This document shows positions 28,437-38,574 of a stretch of DNA of 64,000 bases, one piece after another. This DNA is from an uncultured Acidobacteriota bacterium (GTDB lineage Bacteria; Acidobacteriota; Vicinamibacteria; Vicinamibacterales; 2-12-FULL-66-21): assembly GCA_963750915.1 (NCBI GenBank), contig CAVVSF010000007.1, forward strand, positions 1,110,654-1,174,653. The letters are read 5' to 3'. The notes beneath the pieces are model-generated. The model made no database searches. It was not told the origin of the DNA and saw nothing but the letters and a program-made list of their open reading frames with translations. The number at the start of each line of letters is the position of its first letter. The first letter of the stretch is position 1. The translations under genes were made by a program, and so were the position numbers.

Positions 28437-29543
28437 TCAGTCCTCCCCCAACACCATCAGAATCAGGACCGCCGCAATCACCGCGACGATCACCAGGAAC
28501 AGGATCTTCCAGAAGCTCTTCGGATAGTCCCCTGCCATCCGCCCGGTCGCGCCGTTGACGACGACCTGGTAGGCCTTGGCGCTGAAGTTGTACGTCAGCA
28601 GCCAGATCGGCACGAGCAGATGCTTGAACGTCTGGCCCGAATAGGTCGGCTGGATGGTCAGGTTGCGGTAGGTGTCGCCGGGAATCTGCGCCGCGCACAG
28701 CTGCCTCACCTGCTCGGTCATCGACTCTTCGGAACGCTTCGCAGCGTCGACGAGCACGATCTGGTAGTGCTCGACGACGAAGCCGGAGACAAACGCCTTG
28801 TCGTACGGCTTGAGGTCGGTGAAGGGAAACGGCTCGATCTGCTTCAGCAGCTCGTGCGAGACGCCGTGCGTGCCTGGAATCGGCTCGTCGTCGAAGAAGT
28901 GCCGGATCTCGCCTGACGCCGGCACCCAGCGGACCTTGCGGACCTGGCGCGTCTGCATCCGTCCGTTCTGGCGGAAGGTCTCGGTCTCGTAGTAGTAGTG
29001 CCCGGCATCGGCCTGCCAGGGGCTGACGACGTGGGCGTCGAACGTCCAGTAGGGAATGTAGAGGCCGTGGACGCGGTCGACGAGGGCGCGCGTCTTGAGG
29101 CGATTCGGCGCCAGCCACTTGCTGGCGTACCAACTACGGATCTGCTCGCGCACCGCCGTCTCGGGCACCGTGAACGGCAGCAGGCTCCTCGGCCGGATCG
29201 GCGCCTTGATCTCCTCGTAGTCGACCAGCTTGGGCGAGCCGCAGAAGTCGCAGTTCTGGCCGACGCGCTCCGGATCGAAGACCGAGATCGCCTGGCAGTT
29301 CTGGCACTGCACCGTGCGTTTCTCGGTCAGCCATCCGCGCTCGGCGTCCGGCACCTCGCGCAGCGCTTTCGCGAGCTCCAGCTCCTCGATCGCGCCGGTC
29401 GCGGCGTCGACGTCGAAAGGCGCCGCCGTGCCGCAGAACGGACACACCAGCAGCTTGCGCGCCGGATTCCACTGCGCCTGGGCACCGCAGGCGGCGCAGG
29501 GGTACTTGTCGAGGGCGGAGAGGTTGGTGGGCTCAGGGCTCAA
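28437..29543 (-). CDS. zinc-ribbon membrane-anchored protein (YdjG-like partner of SPFH proteins)
   Basis: ORF 28437..29543. Two CxxC pairs at the N-terminus (CAACG...CPFCG) and a second ribbon (CQNCQ...CDFCG). C-terminal TM segment (FWKILFLVIVAVIAAVLILMVL). The only upstream in-frame start is TTG at 29541-29543, inside the heptamer array. Confidence 0.75.
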   Translation of the reverse strand: MSPEPTNLSALDKYPCAACGAQAQWNPARKLLVCPFCGTAAPFDVDAATGAIEELELAKALREVPDAERGWLTEKRTVQCQNCQAISVFDPERVGQNCDFCGSPKLVDYEEIKAPIRPRSLLPFTVPETAVREQIRSWYASKWLAPNRLKTRALVDRVHGLYIPYWTFDAHVVSPWQADAGHYYYETETFRQNGRMQTRQVRKVRWVPASGEIRHFFDDEPIPGTHGVSHELLKQIEPFPFTDLKPYDKAFVSGFVVEHYQIVLVDAAKRSEESMTEQVRQLCAAQIPGDTYRNLTIQPTYSGQTFKHLLVPIWLLTYNFSAKAYQVVVNGATGRMAGDYPKSFWKILFLVIVAVIAAVLILMVLGED

Positions 29544-29671
29544 GGCTCAGGGCTCAGGGCTCGTTCAGGCTCAGGGCTTAGGGCTCAGGGCTTAGGGGGC
29601 TCAAGGCTCGGGTTCGGGGCTCGGTTCGGGCTCGCGGCACGGCCTGAGCCCTGAGCCCTGAGCCCTGAGCC
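29529..29671. repeat. long GGGCTCA/GGG(G)TTC heptamer array (about 14 units) followed by four inverted units (CCTGAGC x4)
   Basis: The direct array runs 29529 to about 29632. The inverted arm CCTGAGCCCTGAGCCCTGAGCCCTGAGCC is at 29643-29671. The element fills the whole spacer between the SPFH stop (29674) and the Zn-ribbon start (29543). Confidence 0.9.
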
Positions 29672-29673
29672 GA

Positions 29674-30720
29674 TCACTTAGCGAGATACTCGTCCAGCGA
29701 GCTCTTCTTGATCCGGTACGCCGTGCCAATCTTCTTGGCGGCGAGCTCGCCGGACTCGATGATCGCCATGACGTCGGCTTCGGCGACGCCGAGCGCCTTG
29801 GCGGCGTCGGCCGGCGACAGCAGGTCGGGCAGCGCCACGGCGGCAGTGGCGGCGGTGGCGGCGCTCGCGCCGGGCATGCCCTGCTGCTGCATGATCTGCT
29901 GCGCGATCGAGAGGCCGACGGCGAGCTCGGTCGCGGCGCCCGCCGAGCCGCCGCCCTTCTCCATTCCCTGCGCCATCTGGAACTTGACGTAGTCGTTGAG
30001 GTTGCCGACGGCCGCCATGCTCGAGCGCTTGTCGATCGCCTGCTCGACCTCCGGCGGCACCGACACGTTCTCGACGATGAAGCTGGCGATCTCGATGCCG
30101 TACTTCGCGGCGATCACGGGATTGATCAGCGGCAGCAGCGCTTCGCCGAGCTCGGTGTAGCGGCTGGCGACGTCGAAGACCGGAATCTTTGCCGAGGCCT
30201 GGGCGTCGGCGAAGACGCTGACGATGCGCGAGCGCATGGTGTCGGCGAACTCGTCGAGGCGGAAGTTCTGATCCGAGCCGGCGACTTCCTTGAGGAACAT
30301 CTTCGCGTCGACGATCCGGAAGTCGTAGGTCCCGAAGGCGCGGACGCGCACGATCCCGAGATCGTTGTCGCGCATCATGATCGGGTTGGCCGTGCCCCAC
30401 TTGTTGCCGGTGAAGAGCCGCGTGTTGAGGTAGTAGACGTCGGCCTTGAACGGCGAGTTGAAGCCGTACTTCCACGACTTCAGCTTCGTCAGCACCGGGA
30501 TGTTGTCGGTCGTCAGCGTGTGCTTGCCCGGCCCGAAGGTGTCGCCGAACTCGCCGACGTAGATGAACTGCGCCTGCTGCGATTCGCGGACGATGAGCTG
30601 CGCCCCGTTCTTGATCGCCTTGTCATCGTCGGGAAACCGGAAAGAGAGCGTGTCGCGCGAGTCGTCGGTCCACTCGATGACGTCGATCAGCTCGCCCTTG
30701 ATGAAGTCCATCAGTCCCAT
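29674..30720 (-). CDS. SPFH/band-7 domain protein (COG4260 / YdjI-like) with C-terminal excisionase-type HTH
   Basis: ORF 29674..30729. ATG at 30718-30720 gives MGLMDFIKGELIDVIEW, the typical N-terminus. The C-terminal 50 aa (LLSPADAAKALGVAEADVMAIIESGELAAKKIGTAYRIKKSSLDEYL) match the HTH_17/excisionase pattern. Confidence 0.85.
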   Translation of the reverse strand: MGLMDFIKGELIDVIEWTDDSRDTLSFRFPDDDKAIKNGAQLIVRESQQAQFIYVGEFGDTFGPGKHTLTTDNIPVLTKLKSWKYGFNSPFKADVYYLNTRLFTGNKWGTANPIMMRDNDLGIVRVRAFGTYDFRIVDAKMFLKEVAGSDQNFRLDEFADTMRSRIVSVFADAQASAKIPVFDVASRYTELGEALLPLINPVIAAKYGIEIASFIVENVSVPPEVEQAIDKRSSMAAVGNLNDYVKFQMAQGMEKGGGSAGAATELAVGLSIAQQIMQQQGMPGASAATAATAAVALPDLLSPADAAKALGVAEADVMAIIESGELAAKKIGTAYRIKKSSLDEYLAK

Positions 30721-30796
30721 GTTGGACACTCTTTCACGAAAGCTCGAACATCGAAGGTCGAGGTTCGAAGGTTAGGCGCGTCGGCAGTTTCACTCG

Positions 30797-30916
30797 TCGG
30801 GGCTCGGGGTTCGGGGTTCGGGGTTCGAAAAGCTTCAGATCTCAGCCGAGCGACTCAGAGCCGCCCGATTAGTTCTGAAGGTTTTCGAGCCCCGAACCCC
30901 GAGCCCCGAACCCCGA
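30797..30916. repeat. inverted arrays of GGGG(C/T)TC heptamers (35-nt arms, 50-nt spacer)
   Basis: Left arm TCGGGGCTCGGGGTTCGGGGTTCGGGGTTCGAAAA (30797-30831). The reverse complement of the right arm (30882-30916) is TCGGGGTTCGGGGCTCGGGGTTCGGGGCTCGAAAA. It lies downstream of msrB and upstream of the SPFH gene. Confidence 0.9.
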
Positions 30917-30964
30917 GGTTGGCTATTCTAAAGCATTCGCCTTCTCCGCAGGCTCCTGCAGGAC

Positions 30965-31393
30965 CTACTCCGACGGCTCGAAGTTCAGCGCGACGCCGTT
31001 GATGCAGTAGCGCAGCCCGGTCGGCGGCGGCCCGTCGGGGAAGACGTGGCCGAGGTGGCCACCGCAGCGGTTGCAGTGCACTTCGGTCCGGCGCATGAAG
31101 TGGCTGTCGTCGTCGGTCGTGCCGATTGAGCCCTCGAGCGGCGCGAAGAAGCTCGGCCAGCCGGTGCCGCTCTCGAACTTGCGGTCGGCGACGAACAGCT
31201 TGTTGCCGCAGCCGGCGCAGGTGAACGTGCCGGCACGCTTCTCACGCAGCAGCGCGCACGACCCCGGCCGCTCCGTGCCATGGCCGCGCAGCACCTGAAA
31301 CTGCTCCGGCGTCAGGATCTTCCGCCACTCCGCATCCGTCTTCGTGACTTCGAACGTCTTGGTCGTCGCCATGGCCACCATCACTTTCCGCAT
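30965..31393 (-). CDS. msrB: peptide-methionine (R)-S-oxide reductase
   Basis: ORF 30965..31393. Two CxxC zinc motifs (CAGCG, CNRCGGHLGHVF), GWPSF, and RYCINGVAL. Confidence 0.92.
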   Translation of the reverse strand: MRKVMVAMATTKTFEVTKTDAEWRKILTPEQFQVLRGHGTERPGSCALLREKRAGTFTCAGCGNKLFVADRKFESGTGWPSFFAPLEGSIGTTDDDSHFMRRTEVHCNRCGGHLGHVFPDGPPPTGLRYCINGVALNFEPSE

Positions 31394-31424
31394 GCTGTCG
31401 CCCAGTCGCGGCCGCCGCGACCGG

Positions 31425-33056
31425 TCATTTCTTCTTGAAGATACCGCCGACGTCGAGCCCGAACTCGGGCTTGTCGCGGTTGCCGCCGACCTTGATGGGA
31501 ATCACGGCGCCGGCCCCCTGCTTGCGGAAGATCGGATCGACCATCTTCAGCAACATTCCCTTGAAGCCGCCCTTGCCCGCCGCTTCGGACACGCTCGCAT
31601 CCATCCGCACGGTGCCTGCGAAGTCGATGGCCTCGCTGCGCAGGCCGTAGGATCCGTTCAGCCGCACGAGCGCGCCCGGCATCGAGAAGGACAGGTTGCT
31701 GAGCGCCAGGTTCGCGTTCCGCAGCCGGAACGATCCACCCAGGTCCGAGACCACGTTCTGGTCCCTGACGTCCGGACCCTTCCCCTGCGCCCGCTGGCTC
31801 ATGCCCGACAGTTTCCTCTGAATCTCGTCGTCGGTGAACTTCGCGGCATCGACGTCGAACCGGCCATCGAGCTGCAGCCGCTCGACGACGTCCGGCTCGC
31901 CCGGGGGCAGCAGGAAATCAGTCTTGAGGCCGACCCGGCCGACCATCAACGGCTCGTCGCCTTTGACGGCCAGCCAGAGCAAGTCCTCGATCCGGCCGTC
32001 CTTGATCTCGACGTCGAGCTTGATGGTCCTGCCCTTGACCCCCTTTGTTCCGACGACGGCGCCCTTCGCGAGGATCCCGGTATTGCGCAATTTCGCGTCG
32101 ACGGCGTTCAGGTACGTGTCGCCGTCGGTGCCGTCGACAATCGCGTCGAACGTCGTCGTCAGCTGCATCGGGTGGCCGGCGGTGTCGATGTGGAAGTCGG
32201 CGGTGTCGGTCTTGCCCCTGACCGCGATGCGGTTCAACTCGCCGCCGAACGAACCGGTCGAGTTCAGGATGCCGCCGATCCCCTTGATGGTGCCAAGGTC
32301 GGCGTTCTGGAAGCTGTAGTCGCCGGCGACCGGCGTCGACCCTGGCTCGCGCTTGCGCCATGGTCCGAAGGTGCCGCTGGTCTCGATCTCGCCGCGCGGG
32401 ATCGGGTTGGTGAGCGACGCCGTGAACGGCATCTGCTGCCCGAGACCGAGCGACTGCATGCGCAGCGATCGGATCGCGAACTCCTTCGGCCGCTTGTCGG
32501 CCCGCCGCGGGATGATGCGCAGCATCGCGTCGTTGGCCAGGAGTTCGTCGACGATGATCGGCGACTCGCCGTCGTTTTCTTCCCTGGCGGCGGCGGCCTG
32601 GTCGGCGGCCGACGGCGCCGGTGGCGGGGTCAACTCCGTCGCCGGCCTGCCGGCGGCCGGGCCGTCAAAGCCTCCACGGCGTATCTTGAACCCGCCGGGA
32701 GGAATATTGACGACCAGCCCCTCGAGCGTCACGGTCCGGAATCGCCGCGGCCGCCGCAGCATGTCCATGATGTTGCAGTGCACCGTGAAGCTCGCGATCG
32801 AGATGAGCGGCGGCTGGCTCGCTTCCTGGGTACGGTGGCGGATGACGAGTCCCTGTCCGGAAACGACGACGGTCGGGAACGTATCGACGCTGAATGCTTC
32901 GAGCGAGACATCGCTGTCGAGCCGCTCGGTGAGGGTTTCGACGACCAGGCGCCGCAACGGCTCGGTTCGCGACCCCGCGGCGGCGACGATGGTGAGGACG
33001 ACGAGCGCCGCCAGGACGCCGAGCGCGACCCACCTGACGACTTTGACGATGGACAT
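31425..33056 (-). CDS. AsmA-family / DUF748-like envelope protein
   Basis: ORF 31425..33056. N-terminal TM anchor (VRWVALGVLAALVVLTIVAAA), then a long beta-rich repetitive body typical of AsmA-like proteins. Confidence 0.7.
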   Translation of the reverse strand: MSIVKVVRWVALGVLAALVVLTIVAAAGSRTEPLRRLVVETLTERLDSDVSLEAFSVDTFPTVVVSGQGLVIRHRTQEASQPPLISIASFTVHCNIMDMLRRPRRFRTVTLEGLVVNIPPGGFKIRRGGFDGPAAGRPATELTPPPAPSAADQAAAAREENDGESPIIVDELLANDAMLRIIPRRADKRPKEFAIRSLRMQSLGLGQQMPFTASLTNPIPRGEIETSGTFGPWRKREPGSTPVAGDYSFQNADLGTIKGIGGILNSTGSFGGELNRIAVRGKTDTADFHIDTAGHPMQLTTTFDAIVDGTDGDTYLNAVDAKLRNTGILAKGAVVGTKGVKGRTIKLDVEIKDGRIEDLLWLAVKGDEPLMVGRVGLKTDFLLPPGEPDVVERLQLDGRFDVDAAKFTDDEIQRKLSGMSQRAQGKGPDVRDQNVVSDLGGSFRLRNANLALSNLSFSMPGALVRLNGSYGLRSEAIDFAGTVRMDASVSEAAGKGGFKGMLLKMVDPIFRKQGAGAVIPIKVGGNRDKPEFGLDVGGIFKKK

Positions 33057-33095
33057 GAGTACCTCGGCGCTCCGGAAGGATCCGGATCGCCGGAC

Positions 33096-33917
33096 CTACT
33101 TCGCGGGCGCCTGCTTGGCGATCTCCAGGACATCCTCGGCGGGCAGAATCACGCCGAGCATGCCGAACGCGTCGCTGCTGCCGAATATCGCCGACATGTT
33201 GGCGCGGCCGGCATCGACCTGCCGCAGCGTCAGCAGGCCGATGATCTTGCCGCTGGTGCTGAACGCCGGCGTCCCGACCCCGGACTCGCCGCCGGCGAGC
33301 ACGTAGAACGTCCGCGGCCTCTCGATGATGGCGCTGACGTCGTGAAGCGAGGCGCCGGGTGCCCATCCGCCAACCCGACCGAGCCGGGTCAGAACCAGCA
33401 CCTGCTCCAGCAGGACCGGCTTCGCCGAGGCGCTGAGATCGACGGCAACCAGCGGTTTGTCCAGCGGCTTGGTCGGCCGCAGGAACACGAGGTCGAGATC
33501 CTCGTCCCGGAGGACGATCCGCGCCGGGACTTCGCGCCCGTCCGCCAGCCGGATCTTGACGTCCGTCGGTTCGGTGGTGATGTCGACGTTGGGCTCGCCG
33601 TTGCCGCCGCCGGCCGAGCCCATGAGCCTGGTCATCATCCCGCCCGGGTTGAGCGCCCCGAGCGACAGCACCGTCAGGCCCGATGGATCAATCACCGTGC
33701 CGACCGTGTCGACGGGGTCGTCGGAGGCCTGCATTTCCCGCCCCCCCATGGACATGCGCATTTTCAGCACGACGCGGACGTTGACGACGGCGTTCTGCCA
33801 CTTGGCGGCGACCTCGCGGGCGGCGGCGCGCCCGTCCTGTGCCTGAGCTGTGGAGACGGCTACCGCCAACCCGGCCGCGAAGAGCACTGCGATTCTCACT
33901 CCGGTCCCCCGCGTCAT
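33096..33917 (-). CDS. secreted trypsin-fold protein lacking the catalytic His (probable inactive S1C paralogue)
   Basis: ORF 33096..34121. Start at MTRGTGVRIAVLFAAGLAVAVSTAQA (ATG 33915-33917). Has D-like (DLDLVFLRP) and GESG segments, but no His where TN.HV is expected. Confidence 0.65.
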   Translation of the reverse strand: MTRGTGVRIAVLFAAGLAVAVSTAQAQDGRAAAREVAAKWQNAVVNVRVVLKMRMSMGGREMQASDDPVDTVGTVIDPSGLTVLSLGALNPGGMMTRLMGSAGGGNGEPNVDITTEPTDVKIRLADGREVPARIVLRDEDLDLVFLRPTKPLDKPLVAVDLSASAKPVLLEQVLVLTRLGRVGGWAPGASLHDVSAIIERPRTFYVLAGGESGVGTPAFSTSGKIIGLLTLRQVDAGRANMSAIFGSSDAFGMLGVILPAEDVLEIAKQAPAK

Positions 33918-33928
33918 TGTCACGCCGG

Positions 33929-35942
33929 TCACTCCGGCCACCCCGTTTCCAGCTCGACGAAGAACGTCCGGATGCCTCGCCGCACCTGGAGCACCACGGT
34001 GCGGGGCTTGGCCTCGGCGATCGCCGTCATCTTCTTCTGCACGGATTCGACGTCGGCAACCGGCGTCCCGTCGATCGCCAGCAGCAGGTCCCCGTCCGCC
34101 AGGTGACCGAGCGCCGCCCACCCGCCCTCGCGCACCGCGTCGACGAGGACGCCGGGCTGGTCCGCTGGCAGCCGCGCCGCCGCACGGTCAGCTGCGGCGA
34201 CGTCACGCACCCGGAACTCGAAGTTCGGGTCCTCGGTACTTCTTCATCTCGCGCGGCAGGCGCGGCGAGGTGTCGAGCGTCACCGGCACGATCAATTCCT
34301 TGCCGTCGCGCAGCAGCGTCAGGCGGACGACGGTGCCGATCTTGTACTGGCGAATCAGCGTCGCGAAGAGCTCGGTGTCGCCCGGCTGCGAGGCTTCGAG
34401 GGCATTGCCGTCGAGCGCGACGACGATGTCGCCGACGCGCAGGCCAGCCGCCTGCGCCGACCCGCCGAAGACGCGGGTGATGCGCACGCCGGTGCGATCG
34501 ACAGCGCCGAGACGTTCGGCCAGTTCGCGCGTCAGCACCTGCACCGACACCGGCACCCAGGCCTTGCGGGCCTCGAGCCCGGGATCCTCGAGCCCGGCGC
34601 GGCCGACGTCGATGACCGTCAACAGGCGCTCGCCGGCGCGCTCGAAGCCGACCAGCGCCGCCACCCGCTCTTCCTTGCCGCTGGTGAGCACCTCGATCGT
34701 CTTTTCCAGCGCCTCGAACGACCCGATCGCCTTCCCGTCGACGCTCACGATCACGTCATCGTCGCGCAGCGAGGGCTTGGCTTCGTCGGACGGACCGCCG
34801 GGACGAATGCCGCGGACGCGGACGCCATCGCGCGAAGGCCGCTTCAATTCGGTTGCCGCCCACGACGTCAGGTTGGAGGCGGTGATGCCGAGCAGCGGGA
34901 TCTCGCGGACCCGGGCGTCGACGCTCTCGCGCTCGGCCGGCGTCACCGAGATCGTCTTCTCGGCGCCGCGGCGCAGGACGACGGCCTCGACCGGCTTCCC
35001 GATCGGCAGGCGCATGACCATCTGGTTGAAGATCGGCACTTCCTCGGCGAAGCGGACGGTCACGTCGCGGCCGGCGAGCTTGAGGATGATGTCGCCCGAG
35101 AGGAACCCGGCGGCGGCCGCCGGCGACCCGTCGATGGTGCCGCCGACCAGCGCCCCGCGCGTCGCCTTCGACGACGACAGGAGCGGCTGGACCTCCAGCC
35201 CGAGCCAGGCGCGGCGGACGCGGCCGTCGCGCATCAGGGCCTCGGCGACTTCCCGCGCCAGGTCGGCGGGAATCGCCCCGGCGAGGCCGAGGCTGATCTC
35301 GTTGACGCCGACGATCTCCCCCTTCATGTTGACGAGCGGACCGCCGGAGTTGCCGCCGAAGATCGCGGCGTCGTGGCCGATCCAGCGGACGATCGAGCCG
35401 ACATCCTCGCCGTCGAGCGTCATCCGGTTGAACGGCCAGAACATGCCCGGCATGATCATCTCGGTGTTGCTGACGATCCCCATCGTCACCGACTGCGACA
35501 GCGCCAGCGGGCTGCCGAGGGCGAGAACGCGATCGCCGACCTGCAGCGAGCCGACGTCGCCGAAGCTGGCGACCGGGAACTTCCGCGGCGCCGCCGGCTT
35601 CAGCTTCAGCACCGCGATGTCGGACAGCGGATCGGTGCCGACGAGCTCCGCCGGTATCTCCTCGCGGCTGGCGAGGGTGCAGACGATGGCGCGGGTGCGG
35701 CCGGCGACATGGTGGTTGGTGACGACGTGGCCGTCGGCCGAGATGATGGTGCCGCTGCCCGACGACTCGCGCTTCAGTTCGCGGCCGTCGACGTACTCAA
35801 TCGAGACCACGTGGACGCGAACCAGGCTGGGCGCGACGCGTGCCAGCGCCGCCTCGACCGCGGCCGGCGAATCGGGCACGGACTGGGCGGACGCGGACGC
35901 GGCGACCCCGCAGAGGACGACCGTCGCGAGCAATCGGCGCAT
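33929..35942 (-). pseudogene. HtrA/DegP-family serine protease with four PDZ domains; frame broken before PDZ4
   Basis: ORF 34203..35942 has TNHHV, DIAVLKL and GNSGGPLV plus three PDZ domains, and ends ...PREMKKY. The +1 frame (ORF 33929..34210 and upstream) reads EDPNFEFRVRDVAAADRAAARLPADQPGVLVDAV...LLLAIDGTPV..., a fourth PDZ. Length 2014 = 3n+1. Junction at about 34230-34240. Confidence 0.75.
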
Positions 35943-36132
35943 GGACAGATGTTATCCCGGATGGCGCGGACGCATTGGTCCGCCGGATTTGTCGTGGTAA
36001 TCTTCTATCGATAGCCACCCGCGTTCCGATGGCGGTGTGCCCACACGGGCAGCCGTAGGGCGCATCCGGGACGGCTCTCGCGACCTCGGGCCGATCCCAC
36101 CAACCGAACACGGTCGCCGAGGTATCGCCGAG

Positions 36133-37122
<990 letters not shown>

Positions 37123-37226
37123 TCGCGGTTATCTTTCTCACGGGACGCGGATCTCACGGATATCACGGATTTCCGGGGCCGCTCGCCGCCGCTCGCTCGC
37201 ATCGGCGTGAGCCGCTCCCGTGCCGA

Positions 37227-38087
37227 TCAGGCCCAGCTGGTGAGGAACTGGCCCAGCACGTTGGCGGCTACGCGCTGGCGGTAGTGCGCGGTGGAGCGCA
37301 GGTCGTCGATCGGCCTCAGGTCCTGGGCGAGCGCCGCGACGGAGTCCGCGATCGTTTCTACCGTCAGCGCCCGTCCGCGCAGCGCCGCTTCCGCCTGCGC
37401 GGCGCGAACCACCGTCGGCGCCACGCTGCCGAACGCGATCCGGGCGTCGGCGACGATGCCGCCGGTAAGATGGACGCCCGCGGCGACGCAGACTTTCGAA
37501 ATCGCCTGCGCCCGGCGCGTCCCGACCTTGCGCCATGCCTGCCGCCAGTCGCCGCGGCCGCGAACCACCCGCACTGAATGAATCAGCTCGTCGGGCGCGA
37601 GATCCATCCGCTTGTAGCCGAGATGAAAGCGATCGTAGGGCACGCGGCGCATGCCGCGCACCGAGACGAGGTCGACGCTGGCGTCGTAGACGAGAAGCGC
37701 CGGCGGCGTATCGGCCGCCGGCGAGGCGTTGGCGATGTTCCCGCCGATGGTGCCGCGATTCTGGGTCGCAACGCCGCCGGTATCGGCGGCGGCCCGGCAC
37801 AACAGCGGACATTCGGCCTGCAGCGCCGCCGACCGCATCACGTCCGAGTACGTCGTCAGCGCGCCGATGACAATCGCCTGGTCGTCGGTCGAGATGCCGC
37901 GGAGCTCGTCGAAGTGCTGCAGGCTCAGGTAGCGGCCGGCCGCGAGCTTGCCCGCCTCGAGCAGCACCATCAGGTCGGTGCCGCCGGCGAACGGCCGCCA
38001 CGCGCCAGGCTCGGCGGCGATCATCTTCAGCGCCTCGCCCAGTGACGAGGCAGCGTGGAGCTCGAAGTCGGGAAGATATGACCGCAT
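37227..38087 (-). CDS. xanthine dehydrogenase family, FAD-binding (medium) subunit
   Basis: ORF 37227..38192. Start taken at MRSYLPDF. Motifs AGGTDLMV and RGTIGGNIANASPAAD. Confidence 0.88.
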   Translation of the reverse strand: MRSYLPDFELHAASSLGEALKMIAAEPGAWRPFAGGTDLMVLLEAGKLAAGRYLSLQHFDELRGISTDDQAIVIGALTTYSDVMRSAALQAECPLLCRAAADTGGVATQNRGTIGGNIANASPAADTPPALLVYDASVDLVSVRGMRRVPYDRFHLGYKRMDLAPDELIHSVRVVRGRGDWRQAWRKVGTRRAQAISKVCVAAGVHLTGGIVADARIAFGSVAPTVVRAAQAEAALRGRALTVETIADSVAALAQDLRPIDDLRSTAHYRQRVAANVLGQFLTSWA

Positions 38088-38100
38088 CTCGTGAACGCGG

Positions 38101-38574
38101 TCAGGAGGCGCGGCACGCCGCGAGGACGGCCTCGAAGATGCGGGTGTAGCCGGTACAGCGGCACAGGTTGCCGGCGAGCGCGACCCGGACATCGTCGACC
38201 GACGGCTCTGGGGTGCGCTCGAGCAGCGTCAGCGCCGCGAGGACCATCCCCGGCGTGCAGATGCCGCACTGCGCGCCGCCGTGACGGACAAAGGCCTCCT
38301 GCACGGCGTGGAGGCGGCCGCCGTCGGCGACGCCTTCGATCGTCGTGATCGTCGCGCCGCGCGCGTGCAGCAGCGGGAACAGGCAGCTGTTCACGAGCGC
38401 GCCGTCGACGACGACCGAACAGGCGCCGCACTCGCCCTCGCCACAGCCTTCCTTGGTGCCGGTGAGCTGCAGCTGACGCCGCAGCGCGTCGAGCAGGCGC
38501 TCGAGCGGATGGCCGGTCAGCGTGACCTCGGTGCCATTGACGCGGCACCCGACGCTGACCTCCTGCTCACGCAC
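38101..38574 (-). CDS. xanthine dehydrogenase family, [2Fe-2S] (small) subunit
   Basis: ORF 38101..38574. Motifs CGEGECGACSV and QCGICTPGMV...CRCTGY. Confidence 0.92.
   Translation of the reverse strand: MREQEVSVGCRVNGTEVTLTGHPLERLLDALRRQLQLTGTKEGCGEGECGACSVVVDGALVNSCLFPLLHARGATITTIEGVADGGRLHAVQEAFVRHGGAQCGICTPGMVLAALTLLERTPEPSVDDVRVALAGNLCRCTGYTRIFEAVLAACRAS

Noticed and set aside
29529-29671. Tandem repeat arrays (this locus and the others listed) considered as CRISPR arrays.
   Set aside because: The period is 7-13 nt with no unique spacers, and there are no cas genes. The units are far shorter than CRISPR repeats.
31344-34106. Very long ORFs antisense to, or in alternative frames of, confident genes. 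Examples: 31344..34106 (+, 920 aa), 33850..36000 (+), 38522..40771 (+), 13455..15572 (+), 5343..7667 (-), 11034..13346 (-), 1914..4139 downstream of about 3900, and 48664..50070 (-).
   Set aside because: The translations are Arg/Pro/Gly/Ala-rich low-complexity strings typical of off-frame reading of GC-rich DNA. They have no domains or motifs. The overlapping frame carries clear family signatures.
36005-36014. Perfect 10-bp palindrome CTATCGATAG between the HtrA start and the deoxyhypusine-synthase-like gene.
   Set aside because: It is a single short palindrome with no second copy or flanking promoter elements that I could identify. It could be an operator, but the evidence is insufficient.
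37136-37226. T(C/A)TCACGGA 9-mer run and GC-rich repeats between the convergent deoxyhypusine-synthase-like and XDH FAD-subunit genes, considered as a full inverted-array element.
   Set aside because: Only about three direct units are present, with a poor inverted partner (TCCCGTGC). It is listed as a weak member of the family rather than a separate feature.
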